A stretch of 64,000 nucleotides of DNA. Origin: an uncultured Thermoanaerobaculia bacterium (GTDB taxonomy: Bacteria > Acidobacteriota > Thermoanaerobaculia > Multivoradales > J023). Made by a program: the position numbers and the translations under genes. The DNA lies in the NCBI GenBank assembly GCA_964565225.1, contig CAZMEL010000002.1, forward strand, positions 12,648 to 76,647. The letters are read 5' to 3'. The stretch's first letter is position 1. Every line of letters starts with the position of its first letter. Of the stretch, positions 42,299 to 51,921 are shown one piece after another. Below the pieces are notes generated by a model that saw only the letters and a list, made by a program, of their open reading frames with translations, was not told the origin of the DNA and made no database searches.

Positions 42299-42750
42299 GC
42301 GATCTACGCGAGATCTACCAGGAGATCATTCTCGACCACTACCGCCGGCCGCGAAACTTCTCCGCTCCCGACGAGATCAGCCACGAAGCCAGTGGCCACA
42401 ATCCTCTCTGCGGCGACCGGATCAAGGTCTTTCTACGAGTCGAGGATGGAGTGGTGCAGGAGGTCGGTTTCGAAGGCGCTGGCTGTGCGATCTCCACCGC
42501 CTCGGCGTCCCTGATGACCGAGGCCATCAAGGGAAAGCCGCTGGATGAGGTCCAGGAGATCTTCGAAAAGTTTCACGGCCTGATGACCGACCAGAAGGAA
42601 GATCCATCGGTCGACGGTCTCGGCAAGCTCGAGGCCCTTTCCGGCGTACGCCAGCTCCCCGTTCGAATCAAATGTGCCACCCTCGCCTGGCATACCCTGC
42701 AAGCCGCTCTTCGCCAGAGCGAGACCTCGGCCGCGATCAGCACCGAGTAG
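42295..42750 (+). CDS. sufU: SUF sulfur-acceptor/scaffold protein SufU (NifU-like)
   Basis: ATG at 42295 overlapping the sufS stop. Conserved Cys ligands (NPLCGD, GAGCAIS, KCATLAW). Confidence 0.85.
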   Translation: MSDLREIYQEIILDHYRRPRNFSAPDEISHEASGHNPLCGDRIKVFLRVEDGVVQEVGFEGAGCAISTASASLMTEAIKGKPLDEVQEIFEKFHGLMTDQKEDPSVDGLGKLEALSGVRQLPVRIKCATLAWHTLQAALRQSETSAAISTE

Positions 42751-42787
42751 AGCTCACTAACCCTTCAGATTTTCGGAAGAACATTCC

Positions 42788-43123
42788 ATGGAAGAACAAG
42801 CGACTTCGACCCCGGAGGCCAAGAGCCTGGACGAGCTGATCGTCGATCAGATCAAGACCATTTTCGACCCCGAAATTCCGGTCAACATCTACGAGCTGGG
42901 CCTGATCTACGACGTCCAGGTGCTCGACGCCGGACGGGTCGACATCAAGATGACCCTGACCTCACCCGCCTGCCCGGCAGCCGGTATCCTCCCCGGCGAG
43001 GTCGAAACCAAGGTCGCCAGTGTGGAAGGCGTGGAAGAGGTCGATGTCGAGGTCGTGTGGGATCCGGTCTGGAACCCCAGCATGATGTCGGAAGCGGCCC
43101 AGCTCGAGCTCGGAATGTTCTGA
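42788..43123 (+). CDS. sufT: Fe-S assembly factor SufT (DUF59/MIP18 family)
   Basis: 111 aa. DUF59 motif IYDPEIPVNIYELGLIY, conserved Cys in TLTSPACP. Confidence 0.75.
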   Translation: MEEQATSTPEAKSLDELIVDQIKTIFDPEIPVNIYELGLIYDVQVLDAGRVDIKMTLTSPACPAAGILPGEVETKVASVEGVEEVDVEVVWDPVWNPSMMSEAAQLELGMF

Positions 43124-43127
43124 TCGA

Positions 43128-43493
43128 TCAGAGATTCTCGAGATCGGGAAGCTCTTCCTCGTCTCCGAAGTCGGCTTCTTTGTCGAGACTGCTGGCGATC
43201 CAGTCGAGGAACGTGGGCTCACCCCTGGAGATGTTGAAGGCCAGGATCTCCGGCACGTCGTAGCTGTGAAGCTCCTGGATCGCCAGGCTGACGGCGTCGT
43301 ACTCCTCCTCCATCGTCTTGATGATCAGGAGAAACTCGCTGTCCCGGCAGATGCCGCCCTTCCAGCGATAGCAGGATTTGACCCCCGGCAGCATGTTCAC
43401 ACATGCGGCGTGGCGCCGTAGAACCAGCTCCCGGGCGATCAGATTTCCCTGCTCTTCGTCGCCGACCGTCGTCACCATGAGGATTGCAGCCAT
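43128..43493 (-). CDS. cutA: divalent-cation tolerance protein CutA
   Basis: 121 aa. CutA1 fold signature (..SCYRWKG.I...E..L..KT...). Confidence 0.8.
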   Translation of the reverse strand: MAAILMVTTVGDEEQGNLIARELVLRRHAACVNMLPGVKSCYRWKGGICRDSEFLLIIKTMEEEYDAVSLAIQELHSYDVPEILAFNISRGEPTFLDWIASSLDKEADFGDEEELPDLENL

Positions 43494-43525
43494 GGGCCGA
43501 ACCTATTGCAACTCCGCCTGCCGAG

Positions 43526-44173
43526 TCAACGCCAGCTTCGAGCTTCCGGATCGAACCTCAAGACGTTGATCTTGCCGGAACGACTCGCGATCCGAACGGC
43601 CGCGAGGTGGTGTCGACCATCGGTCAGATAGACCGTTCCCGGTGTCGCCATCCCGTTGCTGGAGAACGAAGCCAGATCCGACCGGTTGAAACGAATGGGA
43701 TCTTCGAGCCGATCCAGCAGCCGGCCGTCTCCAGGGTCGGTCGGTGGCTCTCCCGGGGGAAATCCGAAGCGTACTCTTCCCTCCAGGCGATGGGCCGGCC
43801 GCACCGGAGTATCGATTCCTTCCTCGATATCGCGAGAGCGAACCCCATCCCCGTCGTTGTCGCGATAGATCCTCTGGTAGACCGTTCCGTCTGGCTCCAT
43901 CCAGAACTTGACACCCACCCGAGCCTGGTTCCGCACGGCATATGAACGAGCGAGGTGTAGCTCTCCGGCCATCTCTCCGGCTGCCATCTCCAGCCGAAGT
44001 CCGGACCACCAATGGCTCAGGGACGGAATCGTCAGGGTCCAGAGAAAACCGGTGATCAGGAGAAAGATCGAAACTTCGATCATCGACATTCCCGAGGCCG
44101 ACCGATCGGCGAATCTGAAGGTAGGAGCTCGGACAAAAGATGGTCCGGGAGAGAGAGTTGTGACTTCTGGCAT
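43526..44173 (-). CDS. prepilin-type N-terminal cleavage/methylation domain protein (type II secretion/type IV pilus minor pseudopilin, GspH-like)
   Basis: Leader followed by G|MSMIEVSIFLLITGF (Glu at +5, hydrophobic helix). Start at MPEVTT, though the ORF extends to 44233. Confidence 0.55.
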   Translation of the reverse strand: MPEVTTLSPGPSFVRAPTFRFADRSASGMSMIEVSIFLLITGFLWTLTIPSLSHWWSGLRLEMAAGEMAGELHLARSYAVRNQARVGVKFWMEPDGTVYQRIYRDNDGDGVRSRDIEEGIDTPVRPAHRLEGRVRFGFPPGEPPTDPGDGRLLDRLEDPIRFNRSDLASFSSNGMATPGTVYLTDGRHHLAAVRIASRSGKINVLRFDPEARSWR

Positions 44174-44505
44174 TGGAACCTCCGTTTTTTTGTTCGGAGA
44201 TCCGTATTTCAAGACGCCTGCCAGGAGGCACAATTTATATAAACACTGAAAATAAGTAGCTTATCGGCTTCTTCCTGCTTCGTTGCCACCTCGGTGAGTC
44301 AAGACTCTCTGCGGTCTCGTTCCTCGTTTTCGGCGTACGGGACCTGCCGAGTCTCGAGAATTCCGCGAAGGCTCGGGAAAACAGCGCCCGGAATCGATCT
44401 CCATTCTCGTCGCCTCGTAGCGACAAACCATTTGGACGGCGGGAAAGATCCTCTACCCTCCTTCCCGCCGTTCTTCCGAGGGAAACCTGCTAGGATCCGC
44501 CGACC

Positions 44506-45207
44506 ATGGAGCAGTCAAAGTCTTGGGTCCGAGAGTATTTCGAAGCCTTGCTGATCGCCGGGATCTTTCTGGGTTTCTCGAATACGTTCCTGATCAAGAC
44601 CTTCTACATTCCCAGCGGCTCGATGAAAGAGACCCTGAAGGTCGGCGATCACCTCTTCGTCAACCGGTATCTCTTCGGACAGACCGATTCCGAGATCCTT
44701 CGGAAGCTGACGCCGGTTCGCGAGGTACGCCGGGGAGATATCGTGATCTTCCGGTCTCCGGAGAGCCCGGCGACCGACCTGGTGAAACGATGTGTCGGGC
44801 TGCCGGGAGACGAGATCTTGATCGTCAACAAGAAGCTCCACATCAACGGCCAGGCCGTGGACGACTCCGCCTATGCCATCCACAGCGAATCGGTGATTTT
44901 CCCAAACCGCCGATATCTGACCCGCCAGCAGCGCAATCGCGACAACTTCGGGCCCTACACGGTTCCGGCCGACGAGTACTTCTTCCTGGGAGACAATCGA
45001 GACGAGTCGTATGACTCTCGATTCTGGGAGTCCGTACCCCGGCACTACCTCAAGGGTAGAGCGCTGATGATCTACTGGTCCTATGGCGGCGAGACTCCCG
45101 ACGGTAGCTGGGAAGGCTGGGGCACCAAGCTCCATCAGATCCGGAACACCCTCGGGGGATTCTTCACCAAGACCCGATGGGAACGATCGTTTCGCCTGAT
45201 TCGATAG
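44506..45207 (+). CDS. lepB: signal peptidase I
   Basis: Catalytic Ser box IPSGSMKETL, Lys box VKRCVGLPGD, box E GDNRDESYDSRFWE. Confidence 0.85.
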   Translation: MEQSKSWVREYFEALLIAGIFLGFSNTFLIKTFYIPSGSMKETLKVGDHLFVNRYLFGQTDSEILRKLTPVREVRRGDIVIFRSPESPATDLVKRCVGLPGDEILIVNKKLHINGQAVDDSAYAIHSESVIFPNRRYLTRQQRNRDNFGPYTVPADEYFFLGDNRDESYDSRFWESVPRHYLKGRALMIYWSYGGETPDGSWEGWGTKLHQIRNTLGGFFTKTRWERSFRLIR

Positions 45208-45866
45208 AGAGCCGGGAACGAAGAGCTCGGAAGGAGAAGAGCTCCCCTCGCTGCCATCTGTTCCGAGAGCTCCTTCTCGGCACCGTTCTCGCCACCCTTC
45301 TGGCCATTTTCTGCCGGACCTTCCTGATCCAGGGATTCAAGGTTCCGTCGCGATCCATGGAACCCGGCTTGCAGCCCGGGGATCATGTCTTGATCAACAA
45401 GCTGATCTACGGGCATGGCCCGCACAGACTACCGTTCCTTCCCTACCGAGACGTTCGCCGAGGCGATGTAGTGGTCTTCAAGTCTCCTACCGGAAACAAT
45501 CTCGTGAAACGTTGTATCGGGTTGCCCGGGGATCGGCTGGAAATCGACCGAAAGCGATCTCGGGTCAGAAGGCAGGAGCCAGGCGGGCCGATCTCCGAGC
45601 CGGAACCCTCCGGAACACCTCCAATTCATCTGCAGGTCACCGAGAATCATTACTATTTTCTCGGTGATTCTTCAGAATTATCTGTAGATTCTAGAGATTT
45701 TGGATTGGTTTCGAAGAAAGCATTGATCGGGCGCGGCTTCCTGATCTATTGGTCCATCGAATCCGAGGTACCCGAGATCTGGGATACAATGCCATCCTCC
45801 AGACGATCTCTTGGCGACTGGTTTTCCGATTGGCGGTGGCGTCGGATTGGGAAACCGATCCACTGA
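45177..45866 (+). CDS. signal peptidase I paralog
   Basis: VPSRSMEPGL (Ser box), VKRCIGLPGD (Lys box), divergent box E GDSSELSVDSRDFG. Start uncertain: the ORF overlaps upstream lepB by 31 nt. Confidence 0.65.
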   Translation: MGTIVSPDSIESRERRARKEKSSPRCHLFRELLLGTVLATLLAIFCRTFLIQGFKVPSRSMEPGLQPGDHVLINKLIYGHGPHRLPFLPYRDVRRGDVVVFKSPTGNNLVKRCIGLPGDRLEIDRKRSRVRRQEPGGPISEPEPSGTPPIHLQVTENHYYFLGDSSELSVDSRDFGLVSKKALIGRGFLIYWSIESEVPEIWDTMPSSRRSLGDWFSDWRWRRIGKPIH

Positions 45867-45900
45867 TTCCAACAGAACCTCTCGAGAAAGGAACAGGATT

Positions 45901-46266
45901 ATGCGGAGATTCGGACAGAGTGGCGAGGGTAAAGCCGGCTGTCTCTTCTGGGTCTTTCTCTTCTTGATCGGTGGATTGATCGGGTATCAGGTCATTCCGG
46001 TCAAGATTGCTTCCATGCAGCTCGAAGACCACATGAAAGAGCTGGCCATGACCCAACCTCGTAGCCCACAGCATTTGTTCGAGCAGAGAATCGCCCAGCG
46101 GGCTCGCGAGCTCGATCTGGAGATCCCCAAGGAGCAGATCCGGGTGAAGAAATACCCGGAACGGGTCATCATGGACGTCGAGTTCGCGGTTCCGATCGAT
46201 GTGCTGGGTTACACCTTCGACTGGAACGTGAAGATCCACCTCGACCGCGACATCTTCCTGCTCTGA
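45901..46266 (+). CDS. hypothetical membrane-anchored protein
   Basis: ATG 45901 (MRRFGQSGEGKAGCLFWVFLFLIGGLIGY...). Single N-terminal TM plus a soluble domain of about 90 aa. Confidence 0.4.
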   Translation: MRRFGQSGEGKAGCLFWVFLFLIGGLIGYQVIPVKIASMQLEDHMKELAMTQPRSPQHLFEQRIAQRARELDLEIPKEQIRVKKYPERVIMDVEFAVPIDVLGYTFDWNVKIHLDRDIFLL

Positions 46267-46319
46267 CCCGACTCTTCCAGAGCCCGGGCCCCCCGGGCTC
46301 TGACGAATTCTCTGCGAAC

Positions 46320-48050
46320 GTGCTCGGCTCCCCCAGGACCCGGTTGATCCGATCCCTCGCGCTGGGATTCTTCCCCGGTGCGCTGGCAGGGGCCCTTCTC
46401 ACCGGGCTGCTCTTTTTCCTCAACCCCCACATTCCCTTTCAGTCTGCGTCCATTCTTCGAGGAATTCTCTACTACGGCTTCCTGCTCGGTTCCCTGAGCT
46501 TCCTGATCTATCTCGGATTGAAGATCCGTCAGCCTCTGCCTCCAGGAACCTGGCTCCCTTCGTCGGTCACCCTCGTACTCGCCAGCTTCAGTCTGGCAGC
46601 CTGGGTTCACGCCCTCTACTTCGTGTTCTTCCTGCCTTGGGGAATTCACAGACGCCTGCTCAAAGCAGCGATCTGGCTCACTCTGGCCGCGTTGGTCTGC
46701 TTCTACACGACCTTGATCCATCGCTTGCGCCAACGACCGTTCGGACAGCGAAGCCTGCTCCTCATCCTGGCGATGGCAGCGATTTCCATCTATGTCGTGC
46801 TGGAACGCAGAGTAGCTTTCCGGCCGACAGTACGCCCGGCACCACGGGCCACGACTTTCGAAGGAACAGCCCGACCCTTTCTCGGTGTCGTGGGATTGGA
46901 TTCAGCGACCTTCGACGCGATCCTGCCCCTGGAAGAGCAAGGAAGACTCCCTTTCTTCAGCCAGATCCTGCAGGAAGGAGCCCACACCCGGTTGCGTTCC
47001 CTCCGGCCGGTTCGTAAAGCCGCGCTCTGGACGACTCTCTCCACCGGGCGTCTTCCGAATCGACATGGTGTGTTCGGTCCTCAGCTCTACCGTGCCAAAC
47101 CTCTAGCCGAGGAAGAGTTCTTCAAGCTCTTGCCCCTCGCTGTGGGGTTCGAGCGTTGGGGAGTTCTTTCCGATCCACAGCTTACAGATTCGAATATCTC
47201 GAGAAATCTCTCTTTGTGGGATATTTTCTCTCGAATCGGTATTCCGACAGGCCTCGTCGGCTGGCCATTGACCTCTCCACCTCCAGCCGGTGTCCATACG
47301 GTGCTTCCCGATCGATTCTTTGCGACAGAAGGGATTTCCGGCCTGGTTGTACCCGAGGATCTCGGAGAGAGAGCTCGGCTCTTTCGGACCCGGATCGAAG
47401 AGATCGATCCCGTTTTCTCGGATCGATTCGGACCGCGACCTCCGCGAGCGGTTCTCGAATCACTCGCTCAAGACTTGTGGCGCCGAGATCTAAGCTCGGT
47501 TCTTCTGGACCAGGATCCGCAGATCAACGCCTTTTTTCTGATGCTCCCGGGATTGGGGCAAGTCTCTTCGCAGTACTTTGGTGGCTTTTCCGCGGTACAG
47601 TTCGAAGGCATACAGGCTCCGGGGGCCGAAGAAGCTTCTCAGCAGCTCAGCGCCTATTACACCCAGATCGATGAAATCCTCGCAGAGATCTGGGCCGCCA
47701 TGCCCGAGCCTCGGCTACTGGTTCTGGTTTCCGTCCATGGAGTCGAGGGACCAAGAGGCTGGAGAGAGCTGAGGCGTAGGCTCCTTCGACAAACGGCCGT
47801 CGAAGGGTACATCGATGGTGCACCCGACGGAGTCTTGCTCTTTCTCGGTGATGGGATTCGTGCGGGTGCCATGCCCAAACCCGCGCATCTCGTGGACCTG
47901 GTTCCTACACTTCTCTACGGGATGGGTCTACCGATCGCGCGAGACCTCGATGGAAACGTGTTGACAGACGCATTCGAGCCCGCTTTTCTGGCTCGCCAGG
48001 CGTTGACCCTGGTCCCTTCGTACGAGACTCTGTCGGACCCGGACTCATAG
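46320..48050 (+). CDS. membrane-anchored alkaline-phosphatase-superfamily enzyme (type I phosphodiesterase/nucleotide pyrophosphatase-like)
   Basis: N-terminal 5-TM domain then an AP-superfamily core (GLDSATFD metal-binding Asp region, LSTGRLPNRHGVF). Confidence 0.55.
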   Translation: MLGSPRTRLIRSLALGFFPGALAGALLTGLLFFLNPHIPFQSASILRGILYYGFLLGSLSFLIYLGLKIRQPLPPGTWLPSSVTLVLASFSLAAWVHALYFVFFLPWGIHRRLLKAAIWLTLAALVCFYTTLIHRLRQRPFGQRSLLLILAMAAISIYVVLERRVAFRPTVRPAPRATTFEGTARPFLGVVGLDSATFDAILPLEEQGRLPFFSQILQEGAHTRLRSLRPVRKAALWTTLSTGRLPNRHGVFGPQLYRAKPLAEEEFFKLLPLAVGFERWGVLSDPQLTDSNISRNLSLWDIFSRIGIPTGLVGWPLTSPPPAGVHTVLPDRFFATEGISGLVVPEDLGERARLFRTRIEEIDPVFSDRFGPRPPRAVLESLAQDLWRRDLSSVLLDQDPQINAFFLMLPGLGQVSSQYFGGFSAVQFEGIQAPGAEEASQQLSAYYTQIDEILAEIWAAMPEPRLLVLVSVHGVEGPRGWRELRRRLLRQTAVEGYIDGAPDGVLLFLGDGIRAGAMPKPAHLVDLVPTLLYGMGLPIARDLDGNVLTDAFEPAFLARQALTLVPSYETLSDPDS

Positions 48051-48080
48051 ACCAGGCCTTTCTCGAGGATGGCGGCAACG

Positions 48081-48485
48081 TCAACGCTTGCCCATCGGCA
48101 TTGCGGTAACCTTCTGGGGCCCTTGGGTTGCCGGCTTCTTGTCTTCACCCTTCATGACACAGCTACCTTCGAAGAAGGCGCCTTCTTCGATTTTCAGGCA
48201 AGGTGTGAAGAGATCGGCCTCTACCCGACCCGAAGAGAAGATTTCGATTTGTTCGGAAGCGTGAATCGATCCTCGCACCGTTCCAGAGACCGAAACCCTT
48301 CGCACCCGCACTTCCCCATCGATCTCTCCTCCCTCACCGATCTCGAGAATCCCTCCTGCAGACACACTCCCCGTCAGCTTTCCTCTCATGCTGAATCGGT
48401 TCTCGAAGCGAAGCTCGCCATGGATATGACTTCCTGCGTCGAGCACTCCGTTGAGATCACTCTGCGTATTCGATCCTTTGAACAT
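48081..48485 (-). CDS. bactofilin (polymer-forming cytoskeletal protein)
   Basis: 134 aa. Repetitive beta-helical DUF583 pattern (G.L.G.V.A..I.I...G.V.G.I). Confidence 0.8.
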   Translation of the reverse strand: MFKGSNTQSDLNGVLDAGSHIHGELRFENRFSMRGKLTGSVSAGGILEIGEGGEIDGEVRVRRVSVSGTVRGSIHASEQIEIFSSGRVEADLFTPCLKIEEGAFFEGSCVMKGEDKKPATQGPQKVTAMPMGKR

Positions 48486-49375
48486 CAGTCGTTCCCCTGC
48501 ATCAGTCGGTCGTAGAGGCGGATCAATTCTTCTTCCGAGTGAAAGAAGATCTGTAAGGTTCCCCCCTTCTTTCGCCGCTTGATATCTACCTTGGTCTGTA
48601 GGGATTTGGTCAAAGTTTCGAGAGCGGCTCGAGTATTCACATCCAGCTCATTCTTCTTCGTTTCCCGAGTGGGAGCTGGCTCGGTCTTGGGCTTCGATAC
48701 GAGAGCCTCCAGATCTCGAGCCGTCAGACCTTCGTTGACGGCTCGTTCTGCCAGCTCGACCTGCTGTTCCTGATCGGGAATTGCCAGCAACGGGCGACCT
48801 TGCCCGGCCGTCAACCTGCCTTCTCGCAAGAGATCCTGTACTTCTCGAGGGAGCCGAAGGAGACGGAGAGCGTTGGTAATCGTAGTTCTTCCCTTGCCCA
48901 CCCGAGATGCGATCTCTTCCTGGGAGATGTCGAAGCTATCTGCCAGGGTTCGATAGGCCTCCGCTTCTTCGATCGGGTTGAGATCAGCCCTCTGGATATT
49001 CTCCACAAGTGCCATTTCCAACAACTGCTGGTCGTTGGCAATTTCCCGAACTACTACGGGAACCTCTTCGAGGCCTGCTCTCTGGGAGGCTCGCCAACGG
49101 CGTTCGCCGGCAATGATGGTGAATTTTCCATCGTCCTTCGGGGTGACGACGATCGGCTGGACAACCCCTTGGGCCCGAATGGACTCGGCCAGATCGTCGA
49201 GTCCCGATTCATCGAAGAAGCTTCGCGGTTGAAAACGATTCGGTTCGAGGTCTGTCACCTTGAGCGAGGTAATACCCACACTCTCACGAACGTCTTCACT
49301 CTTCTGGGGTGGCGAAGGCTCAGATCCCAACAAGGCATCCAACCCACGCCCCAAACCTCGACGTTTTGCGCTCAT
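48485..49375 (-). CDS. parB: chromosome partitioning protein ParB
   Basis: GLGRGLDALL N-terminal box. ParB box II GERRWRAS. HTH. Confidence 0.9.
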   Translation of the reverse strand: MSAKRRGLGRGLDALLGSEPSPPQKSEDVRESVGITSLKVTDLEPNRFQPRSFFDESGLDDLAESIRAQGVVQPIVVTPKDDGKFTIIAGERRWRASQRAGLEEVPVVVREIANDQQLLEMALVENIQRADLNPIEEAEAYRTLADSFDISQEEIASRVGKGRTTITNALRLLRLPREVQDLLREGRLTAGQGRPLLAIPDQEQQVELAERAVNEGLTARDLEALVSKPKTEPAPTRETKKNELDVNTRAALETLTKSLQTKVDIKRRKKGGTLQIFFHSEEELIRLYDRLMQGND

Positions 49376-50130
49376 GAAATCCTCTGCAAGAGCTCGCGAG
49401 CCATCGACAGGTAGGCTTCTGCTCCACGACTCTTGATGTCGTACTGGAAGATCGGCACACGATGGCTGGGAGCTTCCGCTAGCCGAATATTCCGAGGAAT
49501 CATCGTTTGAAAGACCTTGTCTCCAAAGAATCGGCGAGCTTCCTGGGCCACATCTCGGGACAAATTCGTTCTTTCATCATACATCGTGAGCACAATTCCA
49601 CCGATATCGAGACTGGGATTGAGGTGGTTCTGCACTCTTCGGACGGTCGCTACCAGCTCGCTGATCCCTTCCAGAGCAAAGTACTCACACTGCAAAGGCA
49701 CCAGAATCCGATCGGCTGCAACCAGGGAATTGACCGTCAAGTGCCCGAGCGATGGAGGGCAATCGAGGAATATGAAGTCGAAGTCTCCATCGAGCTGCCG
49801 GAGCGCCTTGCGAAGGCGATGTTCCCATCCTTCGGCACCGACGAATTCTACCTCGACACCTACAAGCTCACGATTCGCCGGGATCACGGAGAGACCGGCG
49901 AATTCCGTCTTCTGTACCACCTCGGAAGGGGAGCTTTCACCGCTGAGCACATGGTAGAGGTGGGACGAATTCGCATCGACCCCAATGCCTCGAGTTGCAT
50001 TTCCCTGGGGATCACAATCCACGATCAAGACCCGCTTCTCGAGAACCCCCAGGGCAGCGCCGAGATTGATCGCAGTTGTGGTCTTTCCAACACCACCTTT
50101 TTGATTCGCCAGTGCTACAAAAATTGCCAT
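49372..50130 (-). CDS. parA: chromosome partitioning ATPase ParA (Soj)
   Basis: Internal ATG giving MAIFVALANQKGGVGKTTTAINLG (deviant Walker A). Overlaps the parB start by 4 nt. Confidence 0.9.
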   Translation of the reverse strand: MAIFVALANQKGGVGKTTTAINLGAALGVLEKRVLIVDCDPQGNATRGIGVDANSSHLYHVLSGESSPSEVVQKTEFAGLSVIPANRELVGVEVEFVGAEGWEHRLRKALRQLDGDFDFIFLDCPPSLGHLTVNSLVAADRILVPLQCEYFALEGISELVATVRRVQNHLNPSLDIGGIVLTMYDERTNLSRDVAQEARRFFGDKVFQTMIPRNIRLAEAPSHRVPIFQYDIKSRGAEAYLSMARELLQRIS

Positions 50131-50155
50131 CAGTCCTTCACCTTCGAGCACTTCC

Positions 50156-50881
50156 CTACCGGGAGGTGCAGATTTCCAGGATCCGGCGTCGGTCTGACCC
50201 CGGAAGCGGGAATTCGCGGCCAACACTCAGTTCTCTTGGCAGATCAGGATCTTCTTCCCCACTCCAGAGCAAGAACCGGACGGAGGGGGAAACCTCCAAG
50301 AAAAGACCGAACATTTCTCGTGTCCAAACCAGAGCTCGGCTCGTCACGACGTCAATTGTTTCGGGGAGACCTACCGGAATCGATGCATCAACTCTACCAT
50401 TGATCACATGGCACAACAATTTGTGTTCCCGAGATTTGTGCTCCTGCAATGAGATCCTTCGACAGCGCCGAATCGCAGAGCGGAGAAAGAGACGTTTCTT
50501 TTCCTTGGGCTCGATCAAGAACGCGGTGAGGTTGGAAGTTACTGCGGCCAGTACGAAACCAGGGAATCCGCCTCCGGAACCGACATCTACAAGAGTTCGG
50601 TCGGATGGTCGGAGGAATGAGATTCCTGCCAGGGATTCTCCATAGTGCCGATCCAAGATCTGATCCGCTGTCCCGGGGCCGATCAGAGACACCCGTGGAT
50701 TCCATTTCCTCATCTCCAGGAAATGTTCTCTCAAGAAACCAAACCCCGGATCGAAAGCTTCGATCCGGGGTCGATTCTCGAGGCAAGGTTCCCTGAGATG
50801 GTTCTCAGCGAAATGCCGATCCCAATTCTTCAGGCGTTCAAGAAAGAGATCCTCGTCAATAGGGGGAAGAATGCTGCCCAT
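50156..50881 (-). CDS. rsmG: 16S rRNA (guanine527-N7)-methyltransferase RsmG (GidB)
   Basis: SAM motif VDVGSGGGFPG. Conserved position upstream of parAB. Confidence 0.85.
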   Translation of the reverse strand: MGSILPPIDEDLFLERLKNWDRHFAENHLREPCLENRPRIEAFDPGFGFLREHFLEMRKWNPRVSLIGPGTADQILDRHYGESLAGISFLRPSDRTLVDVGSGGGFPGFVLAAVTSNLTAFLIEPKEKKRLFLRSAIRRCRRISLQEHKSREHKLLCHVINGRVDASIPVGLPETIDVVTSRALVWTREMFGLFLEVSPSVRFLLWSGEEDPDLPRELSVGREFPLPGSDRRRILEICTSR

Positions 50882-50952
50882 GTTTCACGTGAAACATCAA
50901 GGTTGTTCAACGTCCGACGAGATCGGCACAAGTCCTTCAAGTCCTGGCAAGA

Positions 50953-51852
50953 TCATGCCGGGAAGATCGATACGCTCTTCAAGAAGCCCTGCCCTTCACT
51001 CTCAGTGACAACGGAGGGATCTTCCGCCAGAGCGAGATGAACCACTCGTCGATCTGCCGGGTTCATGGGCTCGAGCGTGACCTTCTCCCCTTCCCTTCTC
51101 ACTTCTTCGGCAGCCTTCTCCGCAAGCTCCTGCAGCTCTTCGTCTCGAGAGTCTCGAAACCCGTCACAATCGACCCGGCAGGACAGGCCATATCCGAGGA
51201 TTCCTCTTGCCGCTCTGGGAAGTAGATGGTTCAGGGAACGCAGCAACTCTCCATCTCTATCGAGGAGAAACTCGCGGTCTTCTCCCGAGAGATCGATCTC
51301 GAAGACCTTTCCCTTCCTCTCAACGCAACTCTCCAGGTCCAGGCCCAGAACATCTAATGTCCGGTCGATCGCCTTTTCGAATGCCGCGATCTCAGGATCC
51401 GAATCGTACTCGTCATCGTCATAGTCCTCGTACTCGTACTCGTACTCGTCTTCGTCTCCTTCTTCAATGTCGTCATCGTACTCTTCCCTTTCGGAGACGA
51501 CCCGAACGACGACATCGTCTCGAGACGATCGCTGGTTTTCTTCTTCTGGCGCCGAGTCGACCGGTGACGGATCGGTCGATGGTTCTGCGGCAAAGGTCTC
51601 GATCTGTGCCGGATCGGAAGGTGTCGAATCGGAAGGTGTCGAATCGGTAGAAACGGGCACGTCGACCGATCGGTCCTCCTTGGCAGGAGACTCCGGGTCC
51701 ACCTCGATCACTACCTTCCTCCGGACATTGACAAAACCATGTTTCTTGTCTCGAGTCCGGTAGGCAACTCGATCAGGGTCGATTCCATGGTAACTAGCAG
51801 CCTGGAGCACTGCTTGCTCGATGGAGTTGCCGGAGAAGAATTTTCGCGCCAT
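50953..51852 (-). CDS. Jag/KhpB RNA-binding protein (Jag_N, KH and R3H domains) with expanded acidic linker
   Basis: N-terminal Jag_N, C-terminal R3H (..ADRRVVHLALAED..). Linker of about 120 aa extremely rich in D/E/Y (EYEYEYEDYDDDEYD). Conserved position next to yidC. Confidence 0.8.
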   Translation of the reverse strand: MARKFFSGNSIEQAVLQAASYHGIDPDRVAYRTRDKKHGFVNVRRKVVIEVDPESPAKEDRSVDVPVSTDSTPSDSTPSDPAQIETFAAEPSTDPSPVDSAPEEENQRSSRDDVVVRVVSEREEYDDDIEEGDEDEYEYEYEDYDDDEYDSDPEIAAFEKAIDRTLDVLGLDLESCVERKGKVFEIDLSGEDREFLLDRDGELLRSLNHLLPRAARGILGYGLSCRVDCDGFRDSRDEELQELAEKAAEEVRREGEKVTLEPMNPADRRVVHLALAEDPSVVTESEGQGFLKSVSIFPA

Positions 51853-51921
51853 TTCTTGAGTACCTCTGAAGGACAGCTTCCACTAGATGGTAACGTCGAG
51901 CTCCTGTTCCTCTCACCTACC

